A DNA stretch of 62,846 nt, the filler included, from Rhabdomonas costata (Eukaryota): the NCBI GenBank assembly GCA_019059605.1. It is 31 parts of 31 records of this genome, joined end to end, with 100 filler letters (N's around TTAATTAATTAA, not from the genome) between each part and the next. Parts side by side here need not be neighbours in the genome. Positions count along the whole stretch, not along the records: positions 38,599 to 40,528 come from JAHMHO010007260.1; positions 40,629 to 42,558 come from JAHMHO010007261.1; positions 42,659 to 44,587 come from JAHMHO010007262.1; positions 44,688 to 46,617 come from JAHMHO010007263.1; positions 46,718 to 48,647 come from JAHMHO010007264.1; positions 48,748 to 50,670 come from JAHMHO010007265.1; positions 50,771 to 52,700 come from JAHMHO010007266.1; 24 more parts are not named here. One strand, 5' to 3'. This document shows, piece by piece, positions 39,801-52,800 of the stretch. Below the pieces are notes generated by a model. It was given only the letters and a program-made list of their open reading frames with translations. It was not told where the DNA came from and made no database searches. Made by a program: the position numbers and the translations under genes. The first letter of the stretch is position 1; each line of letters starts with the position of its first letter.

Positions 39801-40788
39801 CCCGTGGCGCGCACCACTTAAGTGCTCCGCATCGTACCCAGGATCTTGCTGATCTGCGGGGGACAAAGGATTGGGAGCGGAGCCGTGAATGCAGCACGAT
39901 GAATAAAGCTGCCGCAGTTTACCAAGGGAACTCTACGGAACTCTAATGTGGCCAAGAAGGGAACTGCTTCTTATCTAAACCCAAGCAGCACGCACCGAGG
40001 TCCAGTCCGACGCAGTCCCAACAATATGGGGAATGGGTAAAAGGGAAATTTTGAGGAATAGATGCAACCAAGTTATCTTGTTGCATACTGCCGTACTTGC
40101 CGTACTTTGTCGTGTATGGACCTTTCAATCCGATTGCCGCCCCCCCCCCATGCTGACAACATACCTCCGCTCCAACCAACATGAACTTTTCCCATCCGTC
40201 TCCTTGCCCACAAGGAGCCCATGGTGGTGCAAGATATTGTCCCACGGAGTGAGTTCGGAGAGGAACTGGTTTTGGGTTGAGGGTGGTTCTTCCCTCCCCA
40301 CGAATATACCTCGGACTTGTTCAGCCCTGACGCCCGCAACAGCTCCTTCATCCTCTGGCGGTCCAAGTCGGCCGCCGAGGGTCCCTCTGGGGCCCCAGGG
40401 CTGCTGGCCGGAGCCTTGACGTCTGCCGCCTTGCGCCCCAACTCCCGTGCCCGCAAGGACTCTTCGTCGTACTTCTGCATGTATTTTACGCGCGTGCGTT
40501 TGTTTCTGTGCGTGCGTTGGTTTCTGTGNNNNNNNNNNNNNNNNNNNNNNNNNNNNNNNNNNNNNNNNNNNNTTAATTAATTAANNNNNNNNNNNNNNNN
40601 NNNNNNNNNNNNNNNNNNNNNNNNNNNNTTTGTTGTGTTCGTCTGCCTTCTTTAGCCTCGTTGTATTGGTGGGGGGTGTTGTGGGGTGCTAATTACTCGC
40701 TCTTCCTAGAGCCCTACATCAGATCGCAAATTGTGTTTTCAAATCTTTTGATGTCCTCACAGTTTGCCCTCCTCGTTTCTCCACGCAG

Positions 40789-41148
40789 CTGTCGCTTTAC
40801 AACCGGCCAACAGTGAAGCCCTACACCGTGGACGCCTGCCGTATGTCTTGTGCCCTCCACTCTGCCTAAGTAGCTGCGGGTGTGGCATTCTCTGATGATG
40901 TTCTTCTATAAAAATGTGATCTCCGTTGCGGTGACGAGAGATGCAGGGGTTTGTCCTCTCGACGGGGGTTAGGCTCGGCGGTGGACTTGGCCAAGGCTCT
41001 GCACCGCAATGCCGGGGACGTCATGCTGCTCTCCTACGGCCCCGGCGCCGCATCGGATGTGGTGCAGAACGTGAAGCTTATCCGCCCCGAGAACGCCCCC
41101 AACCCTTTGCACGCCATCCAGCCTGCCGGGTGGGACAACTATTGCTGC
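40789..41148 (+). CDS. Exons of an unidentified protein
   Basis: GC3-rich, AG/GT-bounded segments reading LSLYNRPTVKPYTVDAC-R-SAVDLAKALHRNAGDVMLLSYGPG...QPAGWDNYCC. The splice choice is ambiguous and no family is recognised. Confidence 0.5.
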
Positions 41149-43328
41149 GTGCGAAAGAGGGACGTGGCAACTCGCCTGGTTTGAGGAACACTCAGTACCG
41201 AGAAGGAATCTTTGCTGCAGGCGAGTGGGATGGGGTCCCTTGTCGCGGTTGAGAACTGTCTTCTTGTGTGCATGGAGGTCGTGTTGTTTGGGTGCCATGC
41301 TTCTCCCGTGATCAGCGGGATTCTGATTGTTCCTTGAATGTTCCTTTTTCTTTTTTGTTGTCTGTGCGGTGGAATAACATCGCTTTGTACAGAGGTGCAA
41401 AGTTTAGCGTGCCTGGCTGCTCTTTGGGACGGCGATTTCAAATGGATTTCGATATTGTAGAAGTACGACCTGCTCGTGGACCAGTCCTGATGTCTCCATT
41501 GCTCCGCACACTTCGGATCACTTTGGATGATGGGTTTCATCGGACACAATCCGCGCTGCTTCTGTAAATGTAGTTCTGTGATAGTAGAGCAGAGTTAAAC
41601 AGGACCACGTCAGATGCCGGTGCATTTTGGCTGTTCGATCTGTGATGGGGAAATGGTCTCTCCTGTGTTTTGATTTTTTTTCTTCCTTCTTTCTACTTTT
41701 TCACCTTCCCTTCCGGCAGCTTTATTGCTCTCGCGGTGTCATCGAGAGCTCTTTTTGAACATTTTTTTGCGTTTTCTTTCGGAGCGTGGTTTTGTTAGGC
41801 AGCTTCCGTTTCTCCGTTGCACGAAAATGCAGATTTCGACTCCCACTCGTCAGAGTGGGCGAGGCGGGGTGTACTCCGTTCCTACTCATGGCAGCCCATC
41901 AACGGAGCTTCCAAGGGTGCGTACCTGCGCAAGGATCAGGAGAAGAGAAATTATGGACTTAGATGAGGACGTGGTTCTGTTCAGCTTTTGGGCAGGCTCG
42001 ATTCCTGAGGGATGCCTAAAGACTCATTGGAGAGATGCATCTAACGTTTGCTTGGGCTTTTTCCCATTTGATTTCTGCTTTGTGGCATTTCGTGCTTCTT
42101 CCTCCTACATACATGTGCATTCGACGAAGTTGGCTGCTGGGAGGGCGGGGGGGGGGTTATGTGGCGCTCTAGTACCATGTATTTGTGCTCATATGAGTCC
42201 CCGTTTTGCCGTGTTGCAGGTTTCACAGCTTCCACTCCGCCCCTCTCCGGAAAGCCCAAATATGCGGTGCGCTGCTGCTTTCGCGTGCTGCGTTGCATCT
42301 ACACGGGCAGCGTGTTTACACCTTGGTTTTGGCTGAGTTCTTAAGTTTGCAGCCTAAATGCCCCCCCCCCGCTGTTTCTGTGGCGGAGGTTATTTGCTGA
42401 TTGACTCGTTCCTGATTTCCCTAATGTTGCGCCCAGCCTGGGGGTAAGGGGAAGGACACCATCACCTTTTCACTCACTCGCCCATTTTTGCTGTGCACAG
42501 GTTGAAGCTTATGGATGGCGCTGCACACCCCTCGGCCAACCGCGGGCTCAACAACCCCNNNNNNNNNNNNNNNNNNNNNNNNNNNNNNNNNNNNNNNNNN
42601 NNTTAATTAATTAANNNNNNNNNNNNNNNNNNNNNNNNNNNNNNNNNNNNNNNNNNNNGGGGGTTTGGAGACAGGGCTTTTTTGTCGCCCCTGCGCGACT
42701 TCACTTATAGCGAATGTTCACCTTCAGAACCATCCCGATCGCCGAGGCTGATCTTCTGTGTCTGCCTCAGGTGCACTCTCGCGGCTGAGACGTCTAGCCG
42801 CCTCGTCTGATCTTAGGACTGTTCTCCCGGTTTATGATTCGGTGACAGTTTTTTTTCAGGAAAGAGTCGTCTTTTGTGCCAATGGTTTCAAGACACCCTG
42901 GGGAGCAAAGCTCCAGGTTTGGTTTGGCTTTGCTTTCAGTAATGCTCATTGCCACAATTGGCACTGTAAGATCAATGCTGAAATTTCGTAACTTACCGTA
43001 ATCAAGATCACCCATTTTGCACCCCGTGCACATAAGAAAAGCCCTGCATTTATGCTGTATAATTTCACAAAGAGCCGGAAGATGAACGAATTGGCGATAG
43101 AGAGGATCGGGGGCGCCAGAGGCTGCAGTTTACCGCACAGCCTTGACGACCGGAAGTCTTTCCCCACATGATATTCATCCACACCACTTCTTCAGCATTC
43201 TCACATCCTTCATGTAAACAAGTCGATCGCAGGCACGCGGACTCGCATACGGACTCCCCCAAGCTCCCCACTCTGAAACTGGCACTTTGCCACCCGTTCC
43301 CTTCTTCGGATTCTCGTCGTGTGGCCAG

Positions 43329-43892
43329 GACAACAACCTCAACGACAACGTCATTGACTTTTACCTGCAAGTCCTGGCCCGCCAGCTGGAGCGCCAGTGC
43401 AGCCCCCGTCGAGACGAGATTCACTTCTTCAACTCCCACTTCCACGCCTGCCTGTCCTCGCCCGCCACCAGACCTGAGGACCTGGCGCAGAGGTGCGTTG
43501 GGCTTGCTGTGTGCGGCACAAAAAGGTATATTCAAGTCTTACTTAAGGCAACTTTAAAGTTTCAATAATTTTGAGATGTTTGCAGCTTGGGCGTGGGGAT
43601 AAAGGTTTGCTGTCCCAACGCCTACGCTTTTTCGCCTTCGTCTTCTTCCCTGGAGTGCCGACACATTTGTAGATTCACGCATACAATCGGCATTTCATTC
43701 CCCTGGGAATATGCTCCCGTCCCCATTACCCAATCGCATGCTGGAAGCTGAATGTTGGGGTATCACCTGTAAGCTCCCCTGCTGCTCACCACTGGTGCGA
43801 TGCTCAGGTGGGACAAGGCCGTCAAGCTATTTTCCAAAACGGTGATCTTCATCCCGTTCAATGAGACCGAGCACTGGCTACTGTTTGTTTTG
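43329..43892 (+). CDS. Ulp1/SENP (peptidase C48) SUMO protease, partial; exons 43329-43492 and 43808-43892
   Basis: LNDNVIDFYL...IHFFNSHF...R-WDKAVKLFSKTVIFIPFNETEHWLL includes the catalytic His (HW). The phase-2 GT-AG intron joins in frame. Confidence 0.9.
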
Positions 43893-46789
43893 GTATCAGT
43901 GCCCCTGCTGGCCACCTTATCTCCTCACCCTGCACACGCCCAGTCGCTGTCGTTTGATGATCTGCTTTACCTCTGCTAGTGGATGGAGAAGGAGGAGGAG
44001 GGGAGGGCGAAAAAGGACCTGGTGTAAAGGGTGAAAAAGGAAGTGGTGTAACCCTAAAGTGCAAAGCCTGATGTGCAGCCGATTTTTGTTCCCGTCCCTG
44101 TTTTCCTTGCGACCTGCCGAACTTCTACTTTTACCACCAACCTCATTTTAAATTCACTTTTTTGTTTGTGTCACCTGCCTGCGCAACTCCTTCCTGTGTA
44201 CTCAGGTGTTCTTGGCCGTTGTGTAGGTTCCGTTTCCACCTCGAAAAGCAGTTTCCGCGAGGAAACTATTGCTGCATGGCAGTATAGTAGCAGTGCGTGG
44301 GGTTTCTTTGGAGCCGTACACCCTCCGCTGCGTGGGGCAAGATGCGGTGCAAAAGGGATACGAAAGCGCTGCCAAAGGAATGGTCAAGAAACCTGAATAC
44401 CATAATGGACCGGCCGCGAAGTGTTTTGGGATGCCTGCTGGGTACCAAAACCATACCAAAGACCCCAGGCCTGCGTAGCCCTGAAAAAATCGGATTTCTC
44501 AGGAGACCGATCCTTGAAAACTCCACAAGCGCGAAGGTGGGGTGTTTCCTAAGGCCAATATGCCTTCATCTGTTTCGCAGCTGAATCNNNNNNNNNNNNN
44601 NNNNNNNNNNNNNNNNNNNNNNNNNNNNNNNTTAATTAATTAANNNNNNNNNNNNNNNNNNNNNNNNNNNNNNNNNNNNNNNNNNNNTGTGTTTGTTCGT
44701 GTTTCGCCTTGCTTTTGTGCTGTAGTATGTTCTGCAGTCTGCAGTGAACTGTCATCGTGTTGCATGTGGCATGCCGTGCCTTGGATTTTACTGGAAACAT
44801 AGACCCGTTGTCCAGAAGACAAGCTTGCTGTATAGTCTTGTAGCAGAGAGAGAGAGCCTGGGAGTACGAGATGGGGTCATCGTGCGAGGCGAGAATGTAA
44901 AGTTCTTTGGTTTTCAGTGCCATTACCTGTTGACGACGACACGATGGGGACTGTGCTTGTGTTTGTCATGGAGGATGTACTTTTTTCGCTCCTCTGGCCC
45001 TTTGAACCCATCACTGTGGTGTTCCGCAGTGAGGTTTTGCGTTTCGGATTTCGCTCGGCATGGCTCTCTATGGCATGGTCGAACTGTGCATTGTGACTCC
45101 TTTTCCACGAGAAGTTTGCGACTTGCGGCTTATGGGTTTTGTGCGTCGCATTAGGTTCGAGGCTTTAGTTTTTGGAAAATAACCCCCCCTCGCCCACCCG
45201 CCACCCTTCTTTATTCTACCCACCGAAGTGCATTTTCAGCTGCTGGATCACTGCCAGGTAAGCGACGTAACTGAAGAACCACACATGAAGACTCTTGCGT
45301 GGCTGTGAAAGCTAGAGAGCAACTAGAATCCAGAGGACAGAAGCAGGCAATGGGCATGTCAAAACATTTTGCAAACAGTCACATGGGGCTCTGTGCCAAT
45401 GGTCGCCGCGGCAGAGGGCAGTGGATGGCAATGTTGGTACAGCAAACGCGGTTGTCCCACCAAATCCTTTCTCTGTCCTTCCCTATGTCCTGTTGTGCAC
45501 ACGAAATGTGCAATGGAGAGCCTAGGAACAGTGAACTTTATGCGTGAGTACCCAGTGCCAGGTGTACCCGTCTGAAACTAAAGAATCAAGATCAGGATTG
45601 AACACCTGGTTCTGGGGCTGCGCGGCGCGCGGCGGTGGCACCATTTTTTGCATGTGAGTCGCTTCATGGGCATCTGTTCCAATCTCGGGGAACCATCCGT
45701 CGACCTCTAACCCGCTGTGAATCGTAAGATTGAACGACAACGACGGAGCATCACCCTCTAATGTCTTGCAAACCTTCTCTATGAACCATTGGAGGATCCT
45801 TCTATGTAGCAACAGGTTAAGCAGGGTGCCAAGATACCCCAATACGCACTACTTTGCAAGAGATTGATAAACCTTGGTGATAGAAGAGTGTCTCATGCTT
45901 TGTCGCCCACAGCACCAGCTTTGTCTTCCCATCAATAGACAATGTTCTGATAGATACCCTCCATGAAGAGATGAAGAGGTGAGAGAATCTTTGCGGTGAG
46001 CAGGCGTACGCATCTTCGCGTCGTTTTCCTGGCTCACCACCACCATGGCCGTGTACACAGCTACCGACCGCAACGAGCGCCCCGTTGTGCTCGTAGTGCC
46101 GGAGCGATACCAGGTTGACTTCGCACTTCTGCGCGTATCAGCTGCTGGTCTGTATGCGGTGGCAGCGCGGTGACAGCAAAATGCAGCGCTGCGGAGTGTG
46201 CGCAATTTCGTGCTCGTTTTTTACTGACGGTTCTGGTTCTTCCCTTTGCTTGGCGCTGTCCTTTTCGGATTACAGCTGACCCATCAAGTTGGCAGCGGGA
46301 CATTCGGCGTAGTCTGGTACGTGCAGCCACCCCTTTCTTTTTCCTATTCCTTTTCCTGCTACCCCGGCATTACTAATGCGATTGTTCGCTGGTTGTGTCC
46401 CGATGATTTCACGCACGTGTTCTAACTGCATTTCGCTTTTTTTTTTTTTGCTTTCTTCCTTCATTTGAACCGGAAATTTCTTCAAAAGGAAGTTTTGGCT
46501 AATATTTTTTCGCACCGCGACTCTGAATCTCCGGTTGCGATGAGCTGCCTACTGCCAGTTGCCTACTGGCTGTTTGCTTTACGTGGTGAAAAATAGAGAG
46601 AATATGCACAAAACACCNNNNNNNNNNNNNNNNNNNNNNNNNNNNNNNNNNNNNNNNNNNNTTAATTAATTAANNNNNNNNNNNNNNNNNNNNNNNNNNN
46701 NNNNNNNNNNNNNNNNNCTTGAGGGGTGCATTTTGTGGTGCTGCTGCCTCCACTTTTAGTGAGTGCTGTCCCCCGCTTCCGCCAGTGGA

Positions 46790-46824
46790 ACGACCGACCG
46801 ACCGACCGACCGACCGACCGACCG
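46790..46824 (+). repeat. (CCGA)n microsatellite
   Basis: cgaccgaccgaccgaccgaccgaccgaccgaccga read directly. Confidence 0.9.
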
Positions 46825-47584
46825 AACGAATTGCTCGGTTGCGTTTGAGCACTCTCGACACCCCCGACACCGTCTGTTGGTGGTTCATTGGTCCGGCGCG
46901 CGAAGCCTCATAGTGGAAGTGGTTGGCAGCTTCTTCAGGAGAGCTTAGTGGGTCTGATGTCGTGCCAATGCTGCGGTCACCGGGACTGCTTTTGAACCAT
47001 CTCCCAAGTTCCTGGGTTTGTTAAACTGCAGGATGTTGTCGCAGCGCCACATGTCGAAAACAGTGAGTTGCTATGCGTGGCTCCCAGCGCAGGACAGCGA
47101 GGAACTGAGACACTAGCCTTTGAAACCTTGCACTGGAGTTTGCTGTGTTGAGAACTCTGATCAGGAGGGCCGCACATCCAAGCCGATGAACTTTTCCCAC
47201 ACGGCACAGCCATGCAGTTTGTGACGATCCGGAAGGCTTCCCCACATACCGATGCCAGGTGGGGAACACCCTTTCTCGTTTCATGGTTTCATGGGTGCCT
47301 ACAACTGTTGGCCTACCGTTGCCTTGACCCCTTGGCGTTTGTGACCTTCTTCCTCCTGACTTGCACCTGTGCTGCGTTTCTGCGCTGAGCATTAATGTTT
47401 AGGTTCTTGTTTGGATTCGGGGCAGGTTTGTCGACAACCTTCGAGTACAAGAGGGTTGGTTTCAGTTGTGCTAACAACCAACAGCAAATGAGGAGCGAAA
47501 AGAAGATACGCACGATGGGCAAAACGCTGGAGACTCGTGTTGTCTGTTCATCTGCATGCGGGAATTTGGACTTTCTATGTGTTG

Positions 47585-47604
47585 GGGTTAGGGTTAGGGT
47601 TAGG
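47585..47604 (+). repeat. Interstitial (TTAGGG)3 telomere-like tract
   Basis: gggttagggttagggttagg. Confidence 0.85.
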
Positions 47605-47669
47605 ATTCTGGGGCTTTGGTTAGCTTCGCAGCTGCCGTCGTTTTCGTTGATTTCTCTTTTCGATTCCAG

Positions 47670-47770
47670 GAGATTGTGGGGAATTTGCAGCTATACCTGC
47701 CCTATATTCCAGCCACCGTGCTGCACATCGCCCACCACGACGACGAGGAGGAGGAGGACACCGGCGACGT
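47670..47770 (+). CDS. Exon resembling the post-HAMP linker of euglenozoan cyclase-like membrane proteins
   Basis: CAG|EIVGNLQLYLPYIPATVL followed by an acidic run resembles the M..NL..YR.YLP.S.L motif. The 3' boundary is uncertain. Confidence 0.4.
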
Positions 47771-49591
47771 GGTGCACTCCGCACACTCCCAGGCCCTTAG
47801 TGCGATGGGCATCCGCCTTGCTAGGTTTCTGCTCCGTCACCACCACCACATTCCCAGTTCCGCCTGTCGTGGTCCTTACAGCACAGCAAATTCTTTCCGC
47901 TTGCGAACCTTCCTGCATTTTCATGAATGACTCAAAACGGCGTGTAACAACTCAGCCACTCCGGGGGCTGTCCAAGAGCGCGCTCGTGTGGTGGAGAGAG
48001 AGAGGGATCGTTCAAAGGGTCCCGCCGTTCTCAGAGAATTTTTTATTTTACGTTCTGATAAAATTCCGGCCTGCAAGATGTGGGGGTAATAATCGAATAA
48101 ACGTTTCTTCCGGTGGTCAGGAAGTGGTCATGAATGTTTTTGGCTCTTCCCGATGTTTTTGTTTTCACGAACACCTTATAAGAGCTTTTTTGCTGATATG
48201 CTATGGAGAGCGCAAGGAGAAGACAGAGAATGGGATGAAGAAAACACGAGTTTTGGGTTTGGGTGCGTTTTGGAGGTGGGCTTTCTTCAAAGGTCTCACC
48301 GCACTTCCTCGGCGCGGAGCAGTCGAAGCAGCGAGCATAGCCACTCCACGGCGCGGCCCTCGGTCCGCGGGCCAGTCTCCTCCCGCGGCGCAGCCGCGAT
48401 GATGATCCGTGTGGCCGCCCCTTCGGACATCGAAACCGACGAGCCTCAGTCCCCGGTACGTCGGGCGCATTTTCTCGCCTCGTCCCCCCGCTCCCGCGTA
48501 TCCTGTGGTCTGACAGCTCTTCTTTTCGTTTTCCTGCGTCTGGGTGCGATGTTTTTGTGGGGGCTGGGGCGGGGCGTAAAAGGTTTAAGGCTATTAAGCG
48601 ATGCGGTTTGATACCTCAACAAAGACCAGTAGCTAACTCGCCTCCTGNNNNNNNNNNNNNNNNNNNNNNNNNNNNNNNNNNNNNNNNNNNNTTAATTAAT
48701 TAANNNNNNNNNNNNNNNNNNNNNNNNNNNNNNNNNNNNNNNNNNNNGGTGGTTGGTGGTGTTGGAGTGGGTTTCGTAGGTGGGTCGTTGGGTGCTCGTT
48801 CTGGTATCTGGGTTCGGTCTCGCGCAGTCCTGTTGGTTCAGTTGTTGCAGTGAGTTGGAGGGTACTTGGGCTGGGGAGTGGTAGTTGGGGCATGGTGGGT
48901 GGTGGTGTATTGCATTGGAGCTTTGGTGTGCAGAGGTGTGCTGTGGGGTGGAGAGTTCTTTGGCTGCGTTGGTGTGGATGTTGGGACTGGTGTCGATTTG
49001 TGTCATTCTTTGGGGTGCTGGGGGCTTAGGTGGGATTGCTGGGTTGAGGGTGCGGTTGGTGACGTTGCTGGGTGCGTTTGCGGTGGGGATTTTGCTGGTG
49101 TGTGGATGCTTTGGTGCTCTTTGTGGGGTGGGAAGTGATTGGTGTGGCTTCTGTGTTGCTCGTGGGGTACTAGTCGCGGCGTGGGGTTGCTGCGTGGAGT
49201 GGGTTGAAGGCTGCTGTGTACAATCGTGTGGGGGACTTTGGATTGCTGTGTGTGCTTGCGGTGGGGATGGGGATGTGACTCTCGAGTGGTGTGGGTGTGG
49301 GTTGTGCAGTGCTTGGGATGGGTCTTTGGGGAGTGTGTTGGTAATGTTCCGGACTACCTCCCGTCCTGCTCCGCTGACTGGTGGTGACAATTTCTGCCCC
49401 TTCGTTTTGATTCGGTTTTTGTACTAAAAGTATGTTTCATTGCAAACCTCCGCGCTCACGCATTCGCAGCCCCAAACCATCACAATACAAAATGGCGAAT
49501 TCGGGGGCCAGAGCCTTACCAAAACCCAAAAGTAAAATGGCGCTCCTGCTCTATATATATGTTTATTTGTTTATGTGCGTTTATGTATATG

Positions 49592-49660
49592 TCCATTTAA
49601 AGAGATAAACATGAAATTTGAATGAATGTATTCAAAATCATGTTTATCTCTTTAAATGGA
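49592..49660. repeat. AT-rich imperfect hairpin with arms of about 32 bp
   Basis: tccatttaaaagagataaacatgaaatttgaat ... attcaaaatcatgtttatctctttaaatgga. Confidence 0.85.
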
Positions 49661-50398
49661 ACATCCTGTACCACGCTCTGTTCTTCTAACTGGTTCCTGA
49701 AAAAGAAACAGGGTCCAGTGCAACGCGTTCCAGACGAGCCCGCACCTGCGTTTCCGAACGCTCCCTCCTCAATAAACAGGTCGCGGTGGTGAAGGGCAGA
49801 GAACTCGCGCGGCGCGCAGAACGCTCTCTAAAACTGCACGCAATAATGAGGAACAAAAAGACGTGGGCGGCAGACGAAATAAAGACCCCAGAACAAAGTG
49901 ACAGTCACCCCCAAGATGCTCTGTGGTCGCGCCAGATGATTTCCCAAACCTCCCACGGCGGTCTGGGGAATTCCATGTGCAATACGTATAGTGGCTCCAG
50001 CGGCCGCAGAAAAACGCAAAAAAAAAAACCAGAGTAGAAGTGTGGACGTTTGTCTTTCTTTTGGGACAATTAGGATTGGTATTAGCAGAATATTCCAAGC
50101 ATTCCGTTGATGGAGTGACACGAAGGAAGGTTGCTGTCTCGTGCCTGTGTCTGGTGCTGTAACAGGCCTCTGCACCTCTGTCCGCCCCGCCCCCTCGACA
50201 CACGCACACGCCACCACAAATTTTGTGTTTTTAACAGGATGATTAAACAATGTGAAATGTAGTTTCATTGCTTTGCAGGCGCCTCTTGCAGGGTTCTGTG
50301 TTCAATTAACGCTTTCCTCGCTCGCAGTGATTACGGACCAACCCATCCTGAAGGGTCTTTCGCGACCCTGAACTTCAGCTAAAGAGACGGGGACCAGT

Positions 50399-50670
50399 TT
50401 GACAAGGGAAAATTTTTACTGCCAGCAGCTCCATCTGGCGGGCTCAGCTATGATTTCCCTGCGACATGGGGAACGTCTCCGACTTCTTGGTTCCGGAACC
50501 TACAGTGGCGTTTGGATGACCAGTCTCCCTACGGGACACAACGGTGGCACCGTGTTCACTGCTGACAAGTGGCAAGTGACATGTGGTTTGGCTTGCGGGG
50601 ATTGCAGTGCTCGGCAGGACATCTTGGGGGACCACGCTCTTAGTCGCCTCGTGCGGCATCCCACCCCCCC
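50399..50670 (+). mobile_element. CRE-like non-LTR retrotransposon remnant (region leading into the CCHC finger)
   Basis: RLRLLGSGTYSGVWMTSLP...CGDCSARQDILGDHAL matches RL.S....GAWL.ALP...C..C...D..GDHAL.C of REL-type elements. Confidence 0.65.
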
Positions 50671-51051
50671 NNNNNNNNNNNNNNNNNNNNNNNNNNNNNN
50701 NNNNNNNNNNNNNNTTAATTAATTAANNNNNNNNNNNNNNNNNNNNNNNNNNNNNNNNNNNNNNNNNNNNTGTGTGGGTGGTTGGGGATTTTCTCCAAAG
50801 CCCTGTGCAATCAGATTGGTTCACATCTTTCGGGAACATGCCCAATTTCCTTGCTTGTTTTGTCTATTTTTGGACGAAATGTTCACAAAATCTTACCTAA
50901 GCAAGGGTAAAAAAAAAGAGCACAAGGAAGGGTTAAAAAGAGGCGTAGAAGCAGTTGTCTGTGCACCCCTATGTGTGTACTTCCTTTCCCACTCTTGTCT
51001 CGCATTCGAGTGTGAATGGCTGCTTGCCGATTCTCGTGTAGCATAGAAAAC

Positions 51052-52301
51052 CTTCAGGTAGTCCCAGATCCAGGGGTTGCGGGCTCGCGGGCAGGGCCCG
51101 GTGTGGCGGGCCCTCTCATCCCTCGCCGTGAAGGGATGCCCCGCGAAGGCGGGGTACGTGTTCAGCGCCGTGAACATACCTACCGCGGTGGACTTTGAGA
51201 AAACAAACGGCACCACCGCCGGACGCAGCCCCTCCCGCAGCAGCGCCGCCGTGCGGGGCATGTACTCGAACAGCTCGTACCGGAAGATGCTGCAAAGAGA
51301 AGTTAGTTACCGCTTTCAGGGCTGCGTACGGCAAGAGAGGACAATGCCCACCCAGCGAACGAGCACCGCCATTAGATGGACAGCTTGCTTTGATGTAGAG
51401 ACACGTCGGCACGTTCGGACGACCCCACTGAACGACCCAGCACGCAACAGAGAAGCAGCCGAAAAAATAGGCAGACACACTAGAACGCGGGAGTGTGTCT
51501 GCGACCATGAACTGTACATTGATAAAGTTTTGGGTTGGAAAACTATGGCTTGGTGAGGCACGCAGAAGCGGCCAGGGCAATTGTGAACAGGCGAGGGTTT
51601 GAAAGAGCCTTCCTACGTTCTCAGGTGAGGGGGAAGACTGGGCTGAGGGTATCCTCCTCGGGAAACACAATATACCACAGAGACCTTCGGAGGAAGGGTG
51701 CATTTGCGTGCACGTGCACGTGAAACAGAGTGACCCAACACACTTGTCAATGACTACCACCAGAACGTTGGGGAGCCGCTGCGGCTTCAGTGGCGGTGAC
51801 GAGGCCGTGGCTGGCGACGCAATGGGGGCAGCGATGGCGGTCTTGGGTAACACCCGCACAAAGGTTTGCGTGGCTGCCCCACAGCTCACCTGCTCAGGCG
51901 TGCCCCCACATACACACAAAGCGGTGGAGTTTTGGGTTGAGCAGAAACGTCTGAAATGAACTCTGGTTTACCTTCTCTTGCGCTATGTCCATTCTCTCTG
52001 TCGTCAAACCCATTTCAGGTGTCCAACGCGACTTTATGGCATGGCGCAGTCGAGAAGAAGAAGAAAAGCAAGCAACAAGCAAAAGCACACGACACACCCT
52101 CAGATACTCCGAAGCATTAAAAGGAAGTAGAACCACCCCTGTCTTCTGGTCATTGGGGTGAGGACGGGCCCAGCCCTCGGGGCCCCCCGTGGCCCCCGTC
52201 TCGGGACTGGTGGTCCACCGGAGCTGATTGGGTGGCGCACACCGCGCCTCTAGCACCCCGCCTCGCCTCCGCGCAAACCATGGAGGGTGCGTGCACACCG
52301 C
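51052..52301 (-). CDS. DUF229-like (alkaline-phosphatase/sulfatase superfamily) protein, partial; exons 52301-52098, 51889-51744, 51289-51052
   Basis: In-frame splicing gives ...EYLR-VSC...PNVLVVVID-N-IFRYELFEYMPRTAALL...FSKSTAVGMFTALN...WIWDYLK, which resembles NVL...IDS.SR..F.R.MP.T...F.....VG..T..N...IW. The gene structure is firmer than the family call. Confidence 0.6.
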
Positions 52302-52800
52302 CTGTGGAAGGAGTGAATGTGTGAGTGAGTGTGAGTGAGTGAGTGAGCGTGTGCTGTTGCTGTGTTCAGGGGCGGGCAGGATAAGGATGCTACAACGTTC
52401 ACGTTGTAATACGGGGCACATCCACTCGCATTCTCTGGAGTGAACGAGAGAACTGTGAGCAACGCAAATACTCAGCACTGGTACCACCAGATGAAAATTT
52501 CAACTACCCCGCCAACAGTATCCAAGCCGTCATAGAAGCCGTAGAAGGCAGAAGCCAGTCCTGCCTTCTACAGCGAGAGCAAATTTCAGCACAGGCAGAC
52601 CTCACCGTCACCCATCACAGACTCGTGCAGCTGCGGCAGGGGCTGACCGTTCTGTAGTACTACTACAAACCGAAGATTGTTGCTGCGGTCCCCCAAACAC
52701 NNNNNNNNNNNNNNNNNNNNNNNNNNNNNNNNNNNNNNNNNNNNTTAATTAATTAANNNNNNNNNNNNNNNNNNNNNNNNNNNNNNNNNNNNNNNNNNNN

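Noticed and set aside
44688-46080. Decayed DIRS/tyrosine-recombinase retroelement on the minus strand
   Set aside because: Only faint echoes are present (LAK*..GYLGTLLN, GTDA, PISYSQAL) with no intact catalytic motif. It needs an HMM search.
47395-49427. Long ORFs of 335, 232 and 180 aa in the ORF track
   Set aside because: They run through intronic, telomere-like or low-complexity sequence and show no domain signal.
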